From Catajapyx aquilonaris (Eukaryota): a stretch of 64,000 bases of DNA. The position numbers were made by a program, and so were the translations under genes. The notes beneath the pieces are model-generated. The model ran no database searches, was not told the origin of the DNA, and saw only the letters and a list, made by a program, of their open reading frames with translations. Below, piece by piece: positions 36,545 to 50,200 of the stretch. The stretch spans positions 1 through 64,000 of the forward strand of contig KZ538127.1 of the NCBI GenBank assembly GCA_000934665.2. Direction: 5' to 3'. Within the stretch, counting starts at the first letter, position 1, and each line of letters starts with the position of its first letter.

Positions 36545-36900
36545 AGGTAGATGAATAAATAAATAAATACATTTAAATTAATTAATTAATAAACAGGTAC
36601 AGTATGTACTAGGTCCTAGTACACTCCTATTTATTTTCTGTATTTATTTATTTATTTATTTGCCATCCACCTAGTGCATAGCCTACTTGTTTATTTTCTG
36701 CGTTTATTTATTTATTGATTTATTTATATGTCATCTACCTAGTAAACTTCTAAGTAAACTAGGTAGATGACAAATAAATAAATAAATAAGCAAATAAGTA
36801 AACAAATAAACACAGATAATAAACATGTCTAGGCTATGTACTACGTGGATGACAAGTAAATAAATAAATAAATAAATAAATAAATGTAGGTATGTATATA
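36545..36900. repeat. AT-rich fold-back element with (TATT)/(AATA) runs, centred near 36751
   Basis: Inner stem tgtcatctacctagt / actaggtagatgaca. Outer arms catccacctagtgcatagccta / taggctatgtactacgtggatg. Confidence 0.8.
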
Positions 36901-39431
36901 AGTAGGTGATAAAGAAACAAGCAAATTAATTAATCAATTAATCAACACATAATCTGAACTCTATAAATGCATCATTTGTATGTCTCCAAACTAACAAATA
37001 ACTCTCTCGATGACGTACACGTATACGTACGGTATATGACCAAGCAACACACTTGTGAAGTGAGCTGTTTCTACATACATTTCATCACTTCAAAGCCAAG
37101 TTCAAGGTGACATCAAAGTGACACATTGATTCTGCTTAAGTGTCGACAGCACCAGCACGAACAAAAAAGTAAGGCAACGGGTCATGTCAATGGGGACAAT
37201 ATCGCGAGCCTTGACGTCGCGGTGGGCAACAAATTTTTCTTGTCGAAACAAATTTTTTTTTGAAGAAAACCACGTGGGAGAGACATCACACTTGGGTGCA
37301 CATGCGACTTTAATTGCGTGCGTCCCACTTGTACACAAAAAAGAATATATACCCCGTTATCATCACCCTGGTGTCGCTTTTATCTCGTCCCTGTCGAGGT
37401 GTGACTTCGAACCCTCTCGATCGATGGAGACGTGTCAAAGCTATTCGATTGTAAAAGTGTGTCACACTTCTTTTTTTCTTCTTCCTTGTGTCGAGTCGGC
37501 GACGATGTCTGGAATATACAAGTGAAGCAGAAAAAAAAAGAAAAAGAAAAGGAGAGTGAACGCCCTTCGTTTGAGGTCTGCACGTGACGTGACCCTTTTA
37601 AAATGGAAGATTTGGATCTTTCTTCCCACCCAAGGGAATGTCACTTTTGACTCTTGGATGACCCCACACTTGGCACCCACATGAGGGTCATTCTCACCTT
37701 GCCAAAAATATGGCAGCAAATCCAAATTTAACAAAAGCACTATAATCTTTCGCAAATTTACTTTTCAATGTGATAATTGGTCCAAAATAATATTAGCAAG
37801 AAAAAGTTGTTTAACAAAATAATGTACTAAAATTGTCCCCTCACAAATAACAAATGTGGATAAAATGCGCATTATTTTAACATAATTAAATATAAATAAA
37901 ATCCATCAATAAATAAATAAATAATCGAAATATTGTCCCTCCAAAAATAACATAATTGACTATTAGTTATTATTCAGTCATTTTATAAATTAATAAGTAA
38001 TTTTTAATCGTGTCACTTCAATGAACAAAGTTATGCCGAAATTCAAAGTTTTCTAACTATAAACTCCTGCATTTTAGTCCAAAAATCCCCTCGTTGAAAT
38101 GAACTTAAAAATATTGCTTCCCTTTTGATCTGAATTTTCAATTTATTGAAGAGAAAGTCAGCCCACAAAATGTATGCAGAACTAATATTTTTTTCTCACA
38201 AAAATCACTTTAACTAGTTTGAACAATACCACTCCCCCCCCTTTTTTTTAAAAAAAAGGGTTTCTGCTAGATTATTTTAAAGTCCAAACTTGAAAGTGAG
38301 TCACGACCGCTAAATAGCAACAAAACGAAGCCTCAAAGGATCTGAAGAGATTGCACGCCCAACTATCTTGTTTTGTAATCAGCATGTAATCAGGATGACA
38401 TTTCACCTGGAGGTCATATAATCTATTTACAGAGAGATCTCTCCTCGCTTCCTTGAGAAAAGTCCTTCAATAACTGTAATCCCCCAACCTCATCTCTTTT
38501 TAACTATTTTTGTAGATTACATAAAAGTAGGGGAGATATCACGGATAAGCACACCGGGGAAAATAACCTGGGAAAAAATACTGCTGTACATTACGTAAAT
38601 AATGGCACAATAATTCCTCACAAATACGAACACATGATAATATTTTCTGGCACGTCTTTCAATTAAAAATGACTTAATAAATGGCGTTTTGGTCTGATAG
38701 TTCTTTCCTGTACCACAAAATCAACTTTCATGATTTTTTTTCCCCTCTCTCCTTTTCCCCAGCGACTATAATGGATTTATATTTTTTTTTATTCGCACCA
38801 AGTGTTCCGTATTGTATCTTGGTCAGTGTTTCTCCTTCCTGCTTCCGGATCACCGCGCACAATACTGCGTGACCATCCAGAAATATTTTACACGCAAAAA
38901 TTATACACCCAAATTGTCCAGAAGCGACTGTCGACCTACATTTTTTTTGTTTTGTTATCTGTCCTTTCACTGACTGCTCAGGACAACTAGAAATTATTGT
39001 TACGGACTCTTCCTTTTTTTTTCAGTCATTCTTGTCTTTCCACCCTGGCTAATCTCTGTTATGATGACATCCAAGCGTGTTTTTGTTAGTTTATCTAGCC
39101 TAACACAACGCAACTCTTGGTGGTTCCCTGGGCCCTCTCTTTAATCTACACGCCCTTATTTACGCTTCGAAAACCATCTCTCACGTGGGGTTGAAAAAGT
39201 CACGTTGTGATGGGCGGAACCTCGAAAGTTCGTGAAACAACTACGTGGGCGTAGTACATGAATCATTCATTTTGAGCAAACTCTCCTTTTTTTTCCACGT
39301 GACCACGCCCCATTGCCAGGAATAACTGTTTCAGAATTAGTATTTAACATCGTGATGTATGTACAGAGCCTTGCACAAATTAGCTAAGTATGACAGTGTT
39401 TTGAATTCCCCCCNCCCCCCCCCCCCTCAAA

Positions 39432-39690
39432 AAATATTTGAATATGAAAGTCACAAAATTCAGAAAAAAATTATTGGAGTCGGGAAATGCTAATATGAAA
39501 TTAGCCAATATTATTTAATGTCATTAAAATTAATGAAATTTAAAGATGTGCTAACATTAAAACTATTCGGAGAATATAATCTTTAAATTTCATCAATTTT
39601 AATCGCATTAAATATATGAGCTAATTTCATATTAGCATTTCCTGACTCCGCAATAATTTTTTCTTGATTTTTAAAACTTTCATGATCAAA
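39432..39690. mobile_element. Long inverted-repeat (fold-back/MITE-like) element with ~110-bp arms
   Basis: ggagtcgggaaatgctaatatgaaattagc...gaaatttaaagat pairs with atctttaaatttc...gctaatttcatattagcatttcctgactcc around a ~30-bp loop. The loop is repeated at ~39725-39760. Confidence 0.8.
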
Positions 39691-42600
39691 TAATTTTTTA
39701 ATTTAAAAGCCCTTACTTTAAAATCTGCTAACATTAAAACTATTCAGAGAATACAATCTTAAAGATTAAATAAAATAAAATAAAATAATAAACAGGAAAT
39801 GTCCGAAAACAAATTCCACATTTTCAGATCTTAAAAATAATTTGTGGATTCTCAAGATATAATTATACATTAACCGAGTGAGAGAAAATAATTTGTTATA
39901 ATAATTAGTAAGGCTAACAATTAATTTGAAAAGTTGAAAATAAATTAAAATTAATATGACTTTATGGCTCCTTTGCGCCTCAGATAGAACCCATTACATT
40001 AAAACATAATTATGTCAGTTAAGTCAATCAATTATTATTATTATTTCTGTCAATTCCATTAAAAATTATTATGTACTACGTACAATCGACTCAAAAATCT
40101 TGCATTGAGTAATTCAGTAAGTTAAAAGATCTCAGCCCAACCAACATCCCACCCAAAAAAGTGGTTGTTATTCTAGTGGGAATATGATCAAAATAATGTG
40201 CAGTGCAATGCACAATAAATTTCTCAATTCCGTGCTCTTAAAAAAAAAGGAGCTGTAATATTTTGCTAAGGTGGAAGCTATTATTACGTCGTCTGGAGGA
40301 CACGACACTGTCGACATCAGGATGTTATGAAAGGCCTCAAAATTGATAGTTAAGAAACCCAAACCCTCAGCAGGTAAATACAATGAAGAAGTGTTACACA
40401 ACCCATACTCAGAAGAGGGGGGGGGGGGGGGNGGGGGGGGGACACTGGATCAGCCCCCCCTTTTTTTTTCCTTGACAAAGAAAAAAAGTAGACAAGCACA
40501 CTAGATAATAACAAACCAGGCGTGATTCACGGTTTTTCCTGGACCATTCTTGCAGCCACGTTCCGAAATAAAGTTTTTATTTCCGGAGACCACTTCTCAA
40601 GGAAACCATTCTTTTCGCGTGGACCTTTACAAAAAAGGGGGCATAATTGGCCTATTTCCTTGTCTTCATGTCCGACGAACGAAGATGGCAGCTTACACCA
40701 GAAACAGAACCAAAGAGAGAAGTGGAAAAAAAAGTGAAAGTAACGAATCCGATTGATCCCTGGGCGTTAAATTTATTCCCGAGCGAGAGCCTTTTAATGC
40801 ATTTCGCCGTGAACTAAACCTACGAGAAGAAAAGTTGAGCACGCACTGAAGGTGAACTACTTTCCCACACTCATTTTTTTTTTTTAAATGTCTCATCGAA
40901 CCTTATCAACTCCGATTGTTACGTCATGATTGTTCCGTGATTTATTACGAGCACTTCCTTATGCAGTGTGTGTACGTGCATTAGCCCGTTTATTTATAGG
41001 AAGTAATTGTATAATAATTGGAGGTCGATTGAATTATTATGGGAGAGGACGGATACATCATGGAAAAGAGTGTCAGTTATTTTTGGAAAGTTAAACTGAT
41101 TAAAATTTTATTGAATTAATTACCGTATTTTACGGCATAAATTTCCACCAAAAATTTCTCTAATTGCGTCTTTTACATACGTTAAATACTTTTTTTCCTG
41201 AATATGATCTGCTGAAATGTTTTATATGCAATCAAATACAATAATTATTAATTATAAATTAAAATATACTAAAGTTAAATTGATATTTTGCTTAAATAAT
41301 GTGATCACAATGGCTTGCTAAATAAATGCGTACCAAGTATGTAGTGTATGTAATAATTCATAAAAACTTCTAGGGTGAACTCATAAGCACCAGAGGATCG
41401 TTTAATGTAGAGGTGTCAGTTGGTCTCTGCAGTCTCATTACTGAAATAATTAATTTCAAATTAAATCCAAAAATGTAAAATAGTTGATGACATGCTATTT
41501 TCATACTGTGATCAGTGCAATGGAAACGACATGGTCATATTTGTCTTAATAGTGAACCAATAAATCAGTGCTTAACTATCTGGCCTCGACAATGCACCTT
41601 TCTACTAGTACGAGAGTCGTACATCTTCCCAAGGATTGATTTAGTGAAGAAGCCCTTGACGTTCCTCGGACTCAGCAATGTGAACCTTTTTCTTCAAGTA
41701 TTTGTAAAAGGCGGCATTGGCCAGAAAGGTCATCCGTACTGACTTGCATTGCAATCCAAATTCCTGGTTCAGAAGACATTGGCCAACTACATGGAGTGAA
41801 GGGAATAAAGGATGAGCTTTCGAAAGCATTTTTTATTTCCCCTTGCAAACAAGAAGATGGCAAAGCTTTGAGGAAATTATAAGATTGGGTCTTTTGGGGC
41901 ACTTTTCCTCATAGTTACCCTCCAACATTTCAGAACAAGCCTGCTTGCCCAACGTGAAAGCGGTTTCCTTTAAAATGATTCGCATGCCAGTTTGGAGTCA
42001 ATTTGGGCTTCAACCAGAAGCTTCAACTACTTACAAAAGACCTTATTGAGAAGGGACGGTACGTTTGCGCAATATGTAAGTGCTATACCGTATGGCAAAA
42101 CCAAATTGCAACACCTCCTCCAATAAGGCTAAGTTGGACTATGGTTACCAAAAGGAACCACAAAACAAGCATTGGAGCATTTGAGTCCATGCATGCCACA
42201 TGCGTCTTACACATCACCTTGCATAAGAATAATTGTTAAAAATTTCTCTCGTTTACACATCTTGCACATGAGCACAAAAAATGCAGATATGCACATTATA
42301 AAATACTGATAGAGTACGCACACCTCACATTGGATGAAGTATACTAACAAGTAAGCAGCAATAACTGGTGATGCATCCACTTTAAAAAAATCAAATGCAT
42401 GTAAAATTAATGTTCCTAAACTTTGCGAAACTTTATGTCAATCATACTTCGATATTGCTGTCTTATTTTTCTTGGCGATGGAAATGTTTTTAACCATATG
42501 GACCTTTTAAAAGTTTATACAGTGGCCAACTTTTGAGTTTAGAGCTGCACTCCACAATGCATCATTTCTGGCCGTAATCATAGACAAATACCCAAGGCCA

Positions 42601-44246
42601 CTGCATGTAACACACTCGTTTGTTACTTCAAATTTGTTTTCAGGGCATCATACAATACTTATAGCAGACGTATGTCCATAAAAGTTTTGACCAATGATAT
42701 CCTGGCACTATGCAACCATCTGCACTTGACCAAGGAGAAAGTTTGGTGAGAGAAAAAATAAAACCTTGGTTACAGTTCTGATGGTTGTAAATCATCACGA
42801 CTTGTTTGGTCGAAACAGTTTTTGAAGGGTAGTAAATAACTCGGCAACAAAATGCAAAGCTTGTAACTGCAACAGGCTGACACTCTATAAGGAACACATC
42901 CTAGTTTCATGCATGGGAAGTTTTACAATAGGGTCCTAAAAGATAAAGCACCTTTATAAAAGTAAACTCTATTTATTTCTCCTGGAAGTATAACAGAAAG
43001 GCAACAATGTGCCAGAGCATAAACTGATACCATGCCATGGGACATCGTAACAATTACCCATAAAAACAGTGGTATTATGAAGGCTACATCATCTCAGCCT
43101 CACCTTTTCCAAATGATTCACAGCCATGCATTTCAGAGGTCACATCTCACAAGCTCAGACACACTAGAACGGAACAGGTCGTTCAGCCATCATGTAGGTT
43201 TAAATTAATCCAGTGCTACTTTACGTCCCTCTGAGACCTCTGACACAGTATCATCAGATATGATATACAGTACATTATGCATGGAAATTGTAAGTATTTC
43301 TGTAGCTTTCCCAGGTAATTTAATGTTGATAGTGCTGACACTTTGCAGTAATAATAGTTTATTGCCCTGTCACTGACGCATTGTCCGTAATAATAATAAT
43401 AATAATGGTCACAGTGAATACATGCAGAATTGCATGTATTTCACTTCTCATCCAAAGGTGCACTTTGAAGCTGACAGTGAAGGTGAGATGTTAATAGGAT
43501 GGTTCATGGCAAATAACATATGTAACTGCAACATCAATAATAACAGTTTGATTCCCACACACACAAAAATGCGTGACTTCCATACTACCAGTTATTGACA
43601 AAAAAGTTGCACTCATACACACAGAAATAATTTAGCTGACCGGCTCAGCTTATTATACGAAACCACTTACATTGTAACATTATCAAGCACGAGTTGATGG
43701 TTCATCATACTTCTCCCCACTATTAACGCTAAAAAGTAGCATAAAGAATGTGTAGTGACCCTTAAGCAAATGACATCGTTCCATATAAATTCCTTATAAT
43801 TACTTCTGATAAATTCCACAAAAGAAATACACTTTAAATATACTACACACAGTTAGAGCTTACAAGTAGTTTTTTGTCAGGAATATTACTTAACACCCTG
43901 AAGACGTTTCTTTGTTGAGATTTTCCAATACTGATTCGTGCTTTTATACAAAAAAAAACCTCCTTCCCAAGCATTGAGAAATAGCGGACACACACTTGGT
44001 GGCCATTAAAAGGCCCCGAGAAAGTTTAACAAGTTTGCCATTAAAATCACAAAAAAAAAGGTGGGATCTGGAGTTTGCAGTCACGGGAACAATTCCCAGT
44101 GTCACCTAAATTTCAACTGCTTGTATAGAAAAACTTATGACACCCAACCATCACTTTGTGAGGAAAGAAAATTTCTTTTTCAATCCCGCCTTTACCACCT
44201 TCTCCTTGGTCGTCTTCTTCTTCTTTCCTCCACAGCACCACAACAA

Positions 44247-47200
44247 TCAAGAAACCTTCATCTTGTTCTTCTTTGTGAAAGAGTGGAAGAAAATGGTCTT
44301 CTTTTTCTTCCTCTTCTTTGCGTCTTCTTCACCCACTGAATTCGAATCGGTGGAGGTTTCCTCATCGAGTGTTGGAGGAGGGGCTTCTCTCATGGACTGT
44401 CTCTCTGAGCTTTTGGACACAGGAAGAGATGACTCTGACTGTGACATTACTCTGGGAGTTACCTGAAAATGCATATTGCAATATTTACATACAGCATTAC
44501 ATTACAGGTATGGTGCAAGTGGAAGACACATACACCAGTGCAGGTTCATTAGTGTGCGATTGCAAGGATATTTTCCCCATTAGCAACATACCCCTATAAA
44601 ATATCCTTGAAGCAAATGCCCTGCTTGTAAGACATTTGCGAGACACCTGGGCCCACCTGTAGCGTATTGCAAATTGCAAAACGGCGCAACACAAACCATT
44701 TGTTACTGTGTTTTTGTCAATTTCCCACACCTTAGTTTGTAGTTCAAAAATGACATGCTAATTACACTGCCAGAGAATGAATTCTTCAGTGTGCCATGCG
44801 GATAATTTGCACTGCACAATAGAAAACAATACTTTTCGTCTCTCCGCTTCTGCCAGCTGCATTAAGTAAATCATGTGGAATAACACCCTCGCATTTATGA
44901 AGCATACAAGACGTACAAATATATACAATTTTTACATACACTGGGTGGTGCATTGGCCAAGTCCCCAGGTTATGAATCACTTTGAATAGAACCAACATGG
45001 GTATTGCTTCTATGCTGAAGTAAACAATGCATTACTTATCCCATGACGTTCTTCTTCGAATTTTCAACTCTCCTTCTAACATGTGAGTATTTAACTACCT
45101 GCAATAATCGCGTAACAGACATATGCTCTACAAAATGTCTGTGATGTCTCTTTTAGCGTGATGACGACTCCAGCATTAATCTACTCATGCCATAACAGGG
45201 TTGGATGCAAAAAATTTCATAGGCATCAAGTCCAAGGTAAGTTTCACACTTCAGCTAATCGTGAGGGCTTGTGCAACTTGCACAACTCTTGCCCTGCTTA
45301 ATATTGATGCACTCGGGAAATAAAAGCAGTTTAATTTTTTTCTGAAACATCTTGCATGTCATGTATACACAATAATCAATCTCTTGCTTCAACTGCAATA
45401 AATATGAGCACAATATTATTGTCACCATAAAAGGATGCCATTCTGATGTATGGATTAATAAGCGAGAAGGATTAGTACAGTTACAGTTCATGTACTCTAA
45501 AAAGTACACTCTGAAATTAAAAGAAGTGCAAACTGCTGACTACAAATTCGTCATTCATACAACCCTGGTCATGCACTTGTTCTAATTCCACTACCACACT
45601 ACACATGCCTCTGCTAACTACTTAGATGGTTCACTTTTGGATTCCAAAATTCATACTTACACCACTTTGGTTCTTAGTGTCATTCGGGACCTCCTTTATC
45701 AGCCATAAGAAAAAAGAATGTAAGAAAGAAGATTTTTTTTCATATTTTAGAGCTTGAACACTTTCTCAGTCTACAAGTACTAGACGTGGGAAAAGTGTAT
45801 AATGTTAATGACGTACATTAGTGTGATGTAAAAAGGTGCCCATGCAGCATCTTTAGTTCACAAAACAAGATGTACAGAAATAAACAGCTGCAAAAAAAAA
45901 TCAAGATAATACATAATGACAATTATGTGCAATTCACATGGATCGTGTGTTCATGTGGACGTGTTTTATTTGCAGAGTTAGTGACAGAGCTCCACAGACA
46001 GAATAACTGTTGTATGCTACATCACTACTGATCTTTAACATCATCAAACAGGCTTCATTTTTTATGCATTTTGTGACTCCTTTGACGAGGCACATGCATG
46101 TCACAACCCCACTTTTCCTTTTCTTTGCAGAGTAAAAAAATTATATATATTTTTTCAATATGCAAATAATATGTGAAGGTACATTTTTTATTGTCACCTC
46201 ATTTGTATTATAAAATATTTCATTGCAGTACAATCATCATGCAACTATAAAACCATTACTGTAAACTACTGCATTCGTAAACCTCCATTTGATGTAAGAG
46301 GGTGTAATAGTTCACTGCACACGAGTAAAAAAAAATACCCTCACCATTACAAGAAACAAGTACCAGTGGTGGCTTGCAGTAAACTGCCCTTTGCATGTGG
46401 CATTATGCAGGTCAAGCAAGCTTCACCTGAGTATGTGCCAAAAGACAAGAGTAATTTTACCATCAATATCTGCCACTGCAAAGTACAACAGGCAATAATA
46501 TCCTACGTTTCAGTAATGCATAAAGGTATGTCAAGTTTTTTTTTTAGGTAGTTCAACCAAATTTGCACATAACTGCATGAGATGTGACTTTCATAATCTG
46601 TACAAATATCTATTGGTCCCATGCTTCAATACTTCATTAAAAAGGGCAACATACTCAAATCAAATTATATTCAAAGTAAACATCACAACCAAGCTTTCCT
46701 GCAGATGGAAATAATATTTGAACGTGAAACACAGAATTCACCAAACCCCACTCTGTGCATGCATGTGACAGGAAAGAAAAAGTAAGCCCACAACAATCTG
46801 GTGAACCAACATATCATATGACGATCCCGCCTGGAACAAGAGACACACAGACATCGAGGCAAAAGGCTGGATCAGAAGAACCGTACCTGGATGTCTCTGG
46901 GTGCAGAAGTGGCCTCTTGGCTGTAGGACTTGACAATGTTTCCTCTTCTCGAGACATTCGGAGTGGTAGCAGCTGAGCCACATGGGGAACTGCCAAACAT
47001 AACATCATGCTTTTAGTGCTGTTTTAAAGCTGGACTGTACATGTACACATTGGACGCAGCCACTTGTAAACAGCGTAAAAATAAGCAACACAGCTGCCGA
47101 AATGGATTTGTTGGCTCGCAGCAAATTTACTTACACTGTAACTTCATTTTGTTAAAATGGGCCTCGAACTTGACGAATATTACTTTAAATAATTATGTAA

Positions 47201-50200
47201 TGCTCCAAATGCATGCATTCTTACAAAGTTATGGAGAGCCTGAAGATCATTAAGAGAGGAGATTCAATACTAAAGTGGAGCAAAAATTTTCATTGCACAA
47301 AACATTACAGTAGCACACAATCAATTAAATTGCACAGCTCAATATTAAAACCATCCAGTACACTTCATGAGACTAACCTTCCTGATGCTCCGAAGGATAC
47401 TTTAGATACTTTCTTATCTTGAGTGGAGGAAGATTGGAGATATGCCCGCCCACTGTCCATGGGAAGTGGTGAGATGGCTCCTCCTCCGTCAGTGTCCTCT
47501 TCTCCGTTGGAAGAGTCTTTTCCGTCACTGTGGGAGGACTCTCTGCTGCTGCTCTCCTTGCTTCTCTCCTTCATGCTGCCCATGCTGCTCACCGACTTGG
47601 ATCTTGGAATCATCTTTCCACCTTCCCCTAGACCTAGTTGTGGGGTTACATGATACGGTAAGTGGTAAAAAACACTGGTAACTTCAATAATCAACACTAT
47701 GACATCATCCAACATGGAGGATATCACTGCTATCATGCAGGTAGCTATGCCAGCAGATTTCTGCTATCAATTACATTTTGTTCTTACACTTGAAGTACTA
47801 TATCGATAAAAAAGATGGAGGCGATTTTGAATTGAAGCCAAATTCAAAAGTGTCTCCATCATTTTGAGCGATACTGTATAGTACATAATATGGTGCTGTC
47901 TCAAATTTTTTTTGAAAAGTGCCTTAATGCAGTGTCTATTAAAATTATGAATGATGATCAAGCAGTGATAAATCAGAACCTTTTTACTGAACTACTTCCA
48001 AGTAAGGAAACCATTATAAACAATTAAAACATGTACCAAAACCCACATCGTACTGATTTATCAACTCGCATTACAGTGCCCAGAGCAACGCTGCGTTTAT
48101 CTTCATGTATCAAGTCAATAAGAAAGGAATAAGATAAGCTGATCTATTTCAGGTAAGGAAGCAGCTCTCCTTGGTATTAAATAGTGCACGAATATTATGT
48201 ACAGATTTGAATTGGCACTATCCGTGGTGCAATTATGCAATTTTCTAGAAACAAATTCCGCTAGGTGGCTCTAGGAATAGTACTGTTACATATGAAATAT
48301 TGACATACCTTCTGCGTTTTGCAGAACAGAAAGCGTGTGACTGTGATGGAGGCTGTTGGTGTGGCCTATGGATTCAACCAAGTTCCCATCTCTCGGTGGC
48401 ACCATTTTCCTGGACTGCTGGTAGGATCTGGTCATGAACTCAGGCTGGTGACCAACTAGACAAGCAGGAGGAGAGTGAACAGTGGCACTATGGCCTCCCA
48501 CGGAACTTGAGGTAAGAAATAACATAGCTGAGGAGGACACCAGTTGTTGGACTGGCGAGTTGGTTGGTCGGTTGGTTGGTTGGTTTTTAGTGTGTTGGTT
48601 GCACCCAGGAAAAGCAAAAGCCATTGAAAATGTGGGAGCAGGAAGAGAAGAAAAGTAGAGGAGTCAACATGGGCTTTCATTATTGTAATATTCTCATTCA
48701 TTATGTATACCAATAAGATCCTAACAAATTCTAGCAGTCATGACAAGTGCAGTTCAATAATATCACTTCCCTGCAAGTAATAATTGCACAAATGCACTGA
48801 ACTTTACCTCCAGTATTTTATCATGAGCAGTTCTAAATAATGAGAGTTTCTGAAATCTACTGCACGCCACCATTATTTCTTACAACATAAAAATTGTCTA
48901 AAGCTGTTGCATTACAATTGCACCATCTAATACATTTCAAATTTTTGTACAATATTTACAAGACACCACTTTTCATGCCATACACCTCAATCCTAAACAC
49001 ATTCAGTCCGGAGAGCAATCTCATTCTACAAAAGTCATTCACCTGCCATCCATGCCAAGACACAATCGTATTAAGCTTAAATACTGAAGGTGTTTAGATT
49101 TGAGTTCCATAAAATAGGTAAACTCAGTAAAAACCGCAATTAGTGGACTCTCATCGTGGACTTTGTCAGTCACTCACACAGTAGCTACGTATTTCAAGTG
49201 GCAAGCTGATTACGCCCACACACTGCAGATTTTACTGTCTTTACAGTCACACTTGACAGTTCTCTAAAAAAATTCATAGAAACTAACTTCATACATGACA
49301 AGCAAAGAAGTTGGCCCTTCTACGTCAAAATGCTTGTGGCTGCATGTGAATGTTAATAACTGGCGTGATTCAATTTCATTTCACACATTGTGCGCAAGTG
49401 TATATAAAGTACGCTTTAACATTCCACCAAAAAGATCATTGATAAAGAACACAAGTATAAATGGATTGAAAAGTGCAATAAAAACATGACAAGCAAAAGC
49501 AACATTGGCTACCTGTCTCAGCAGCATCAGAAGTCCATTTTGTGAAGTGTTGCATTATTGCTGCATATTTGCCTCTGTTTCAAAAAAAAAGTGTGACGAT
49601 ATGCGCCAAATACAAACAACTTGAAAACAAAGGCAAAGTTTTTTAAAAACATTTTGTGCAAGGTTTTGACTTTTAAAAATTACAATAAGGCTATATGAAC
49701 GGCACGCTACAATATCTTTTATTACTAACATGAACATCACCAAGGAAAACAGGAACAGAGTCAAAATATACCACAAAAAAACTTTCCATGTCATTATTAC
49801 TTTGAATCATACACAACAGCATAACACCTTCTGCAGACACAAATTATTTTTCCTGTCGAGTGACCACAACTCCAAACATTGTGATTCATACGGCATTATC
49901 ACAACTTAATACTGGAAACCTGCCATGTAACATTGCAAGACTGTTAAAAGTGTCATATTTCTCGATTATTATTGCTCTACAGTTGTCATTATTATTGCAT
50001 TTTCTTTTGCGTCATGGTTTCTCTTTACTTATCCACTGCATGGCTGAGTGGTCCCGTCAGATTTAACAATCTCCAGAGCAGCCTCTAACAGGAGTACAAC
50101 ATGTGTGACAAACTAGAGTGAGCAGTAGCATATGTAGAATATCTAGTTAAAAGTTCATTGAGAAATCCTAGCTTTGAAGCAGCCAGGCAAGCAATTCATG

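Noticed and set aside
39407..40441. Long C and G runs as G-quadruplex elements
   Set aside because: Homopolymers containing N calls (39414, 40432), so their length is unreliable.
46814..47008. ORF-track frame of the STIM exon (VPHVAQLL...)
   Set aside because: Its phase is incompatible with the preceding exon. The phase-2 frame (SSPCGSAATTPNVSRRGNIVKSYSQ...) joins correctly on both sides.
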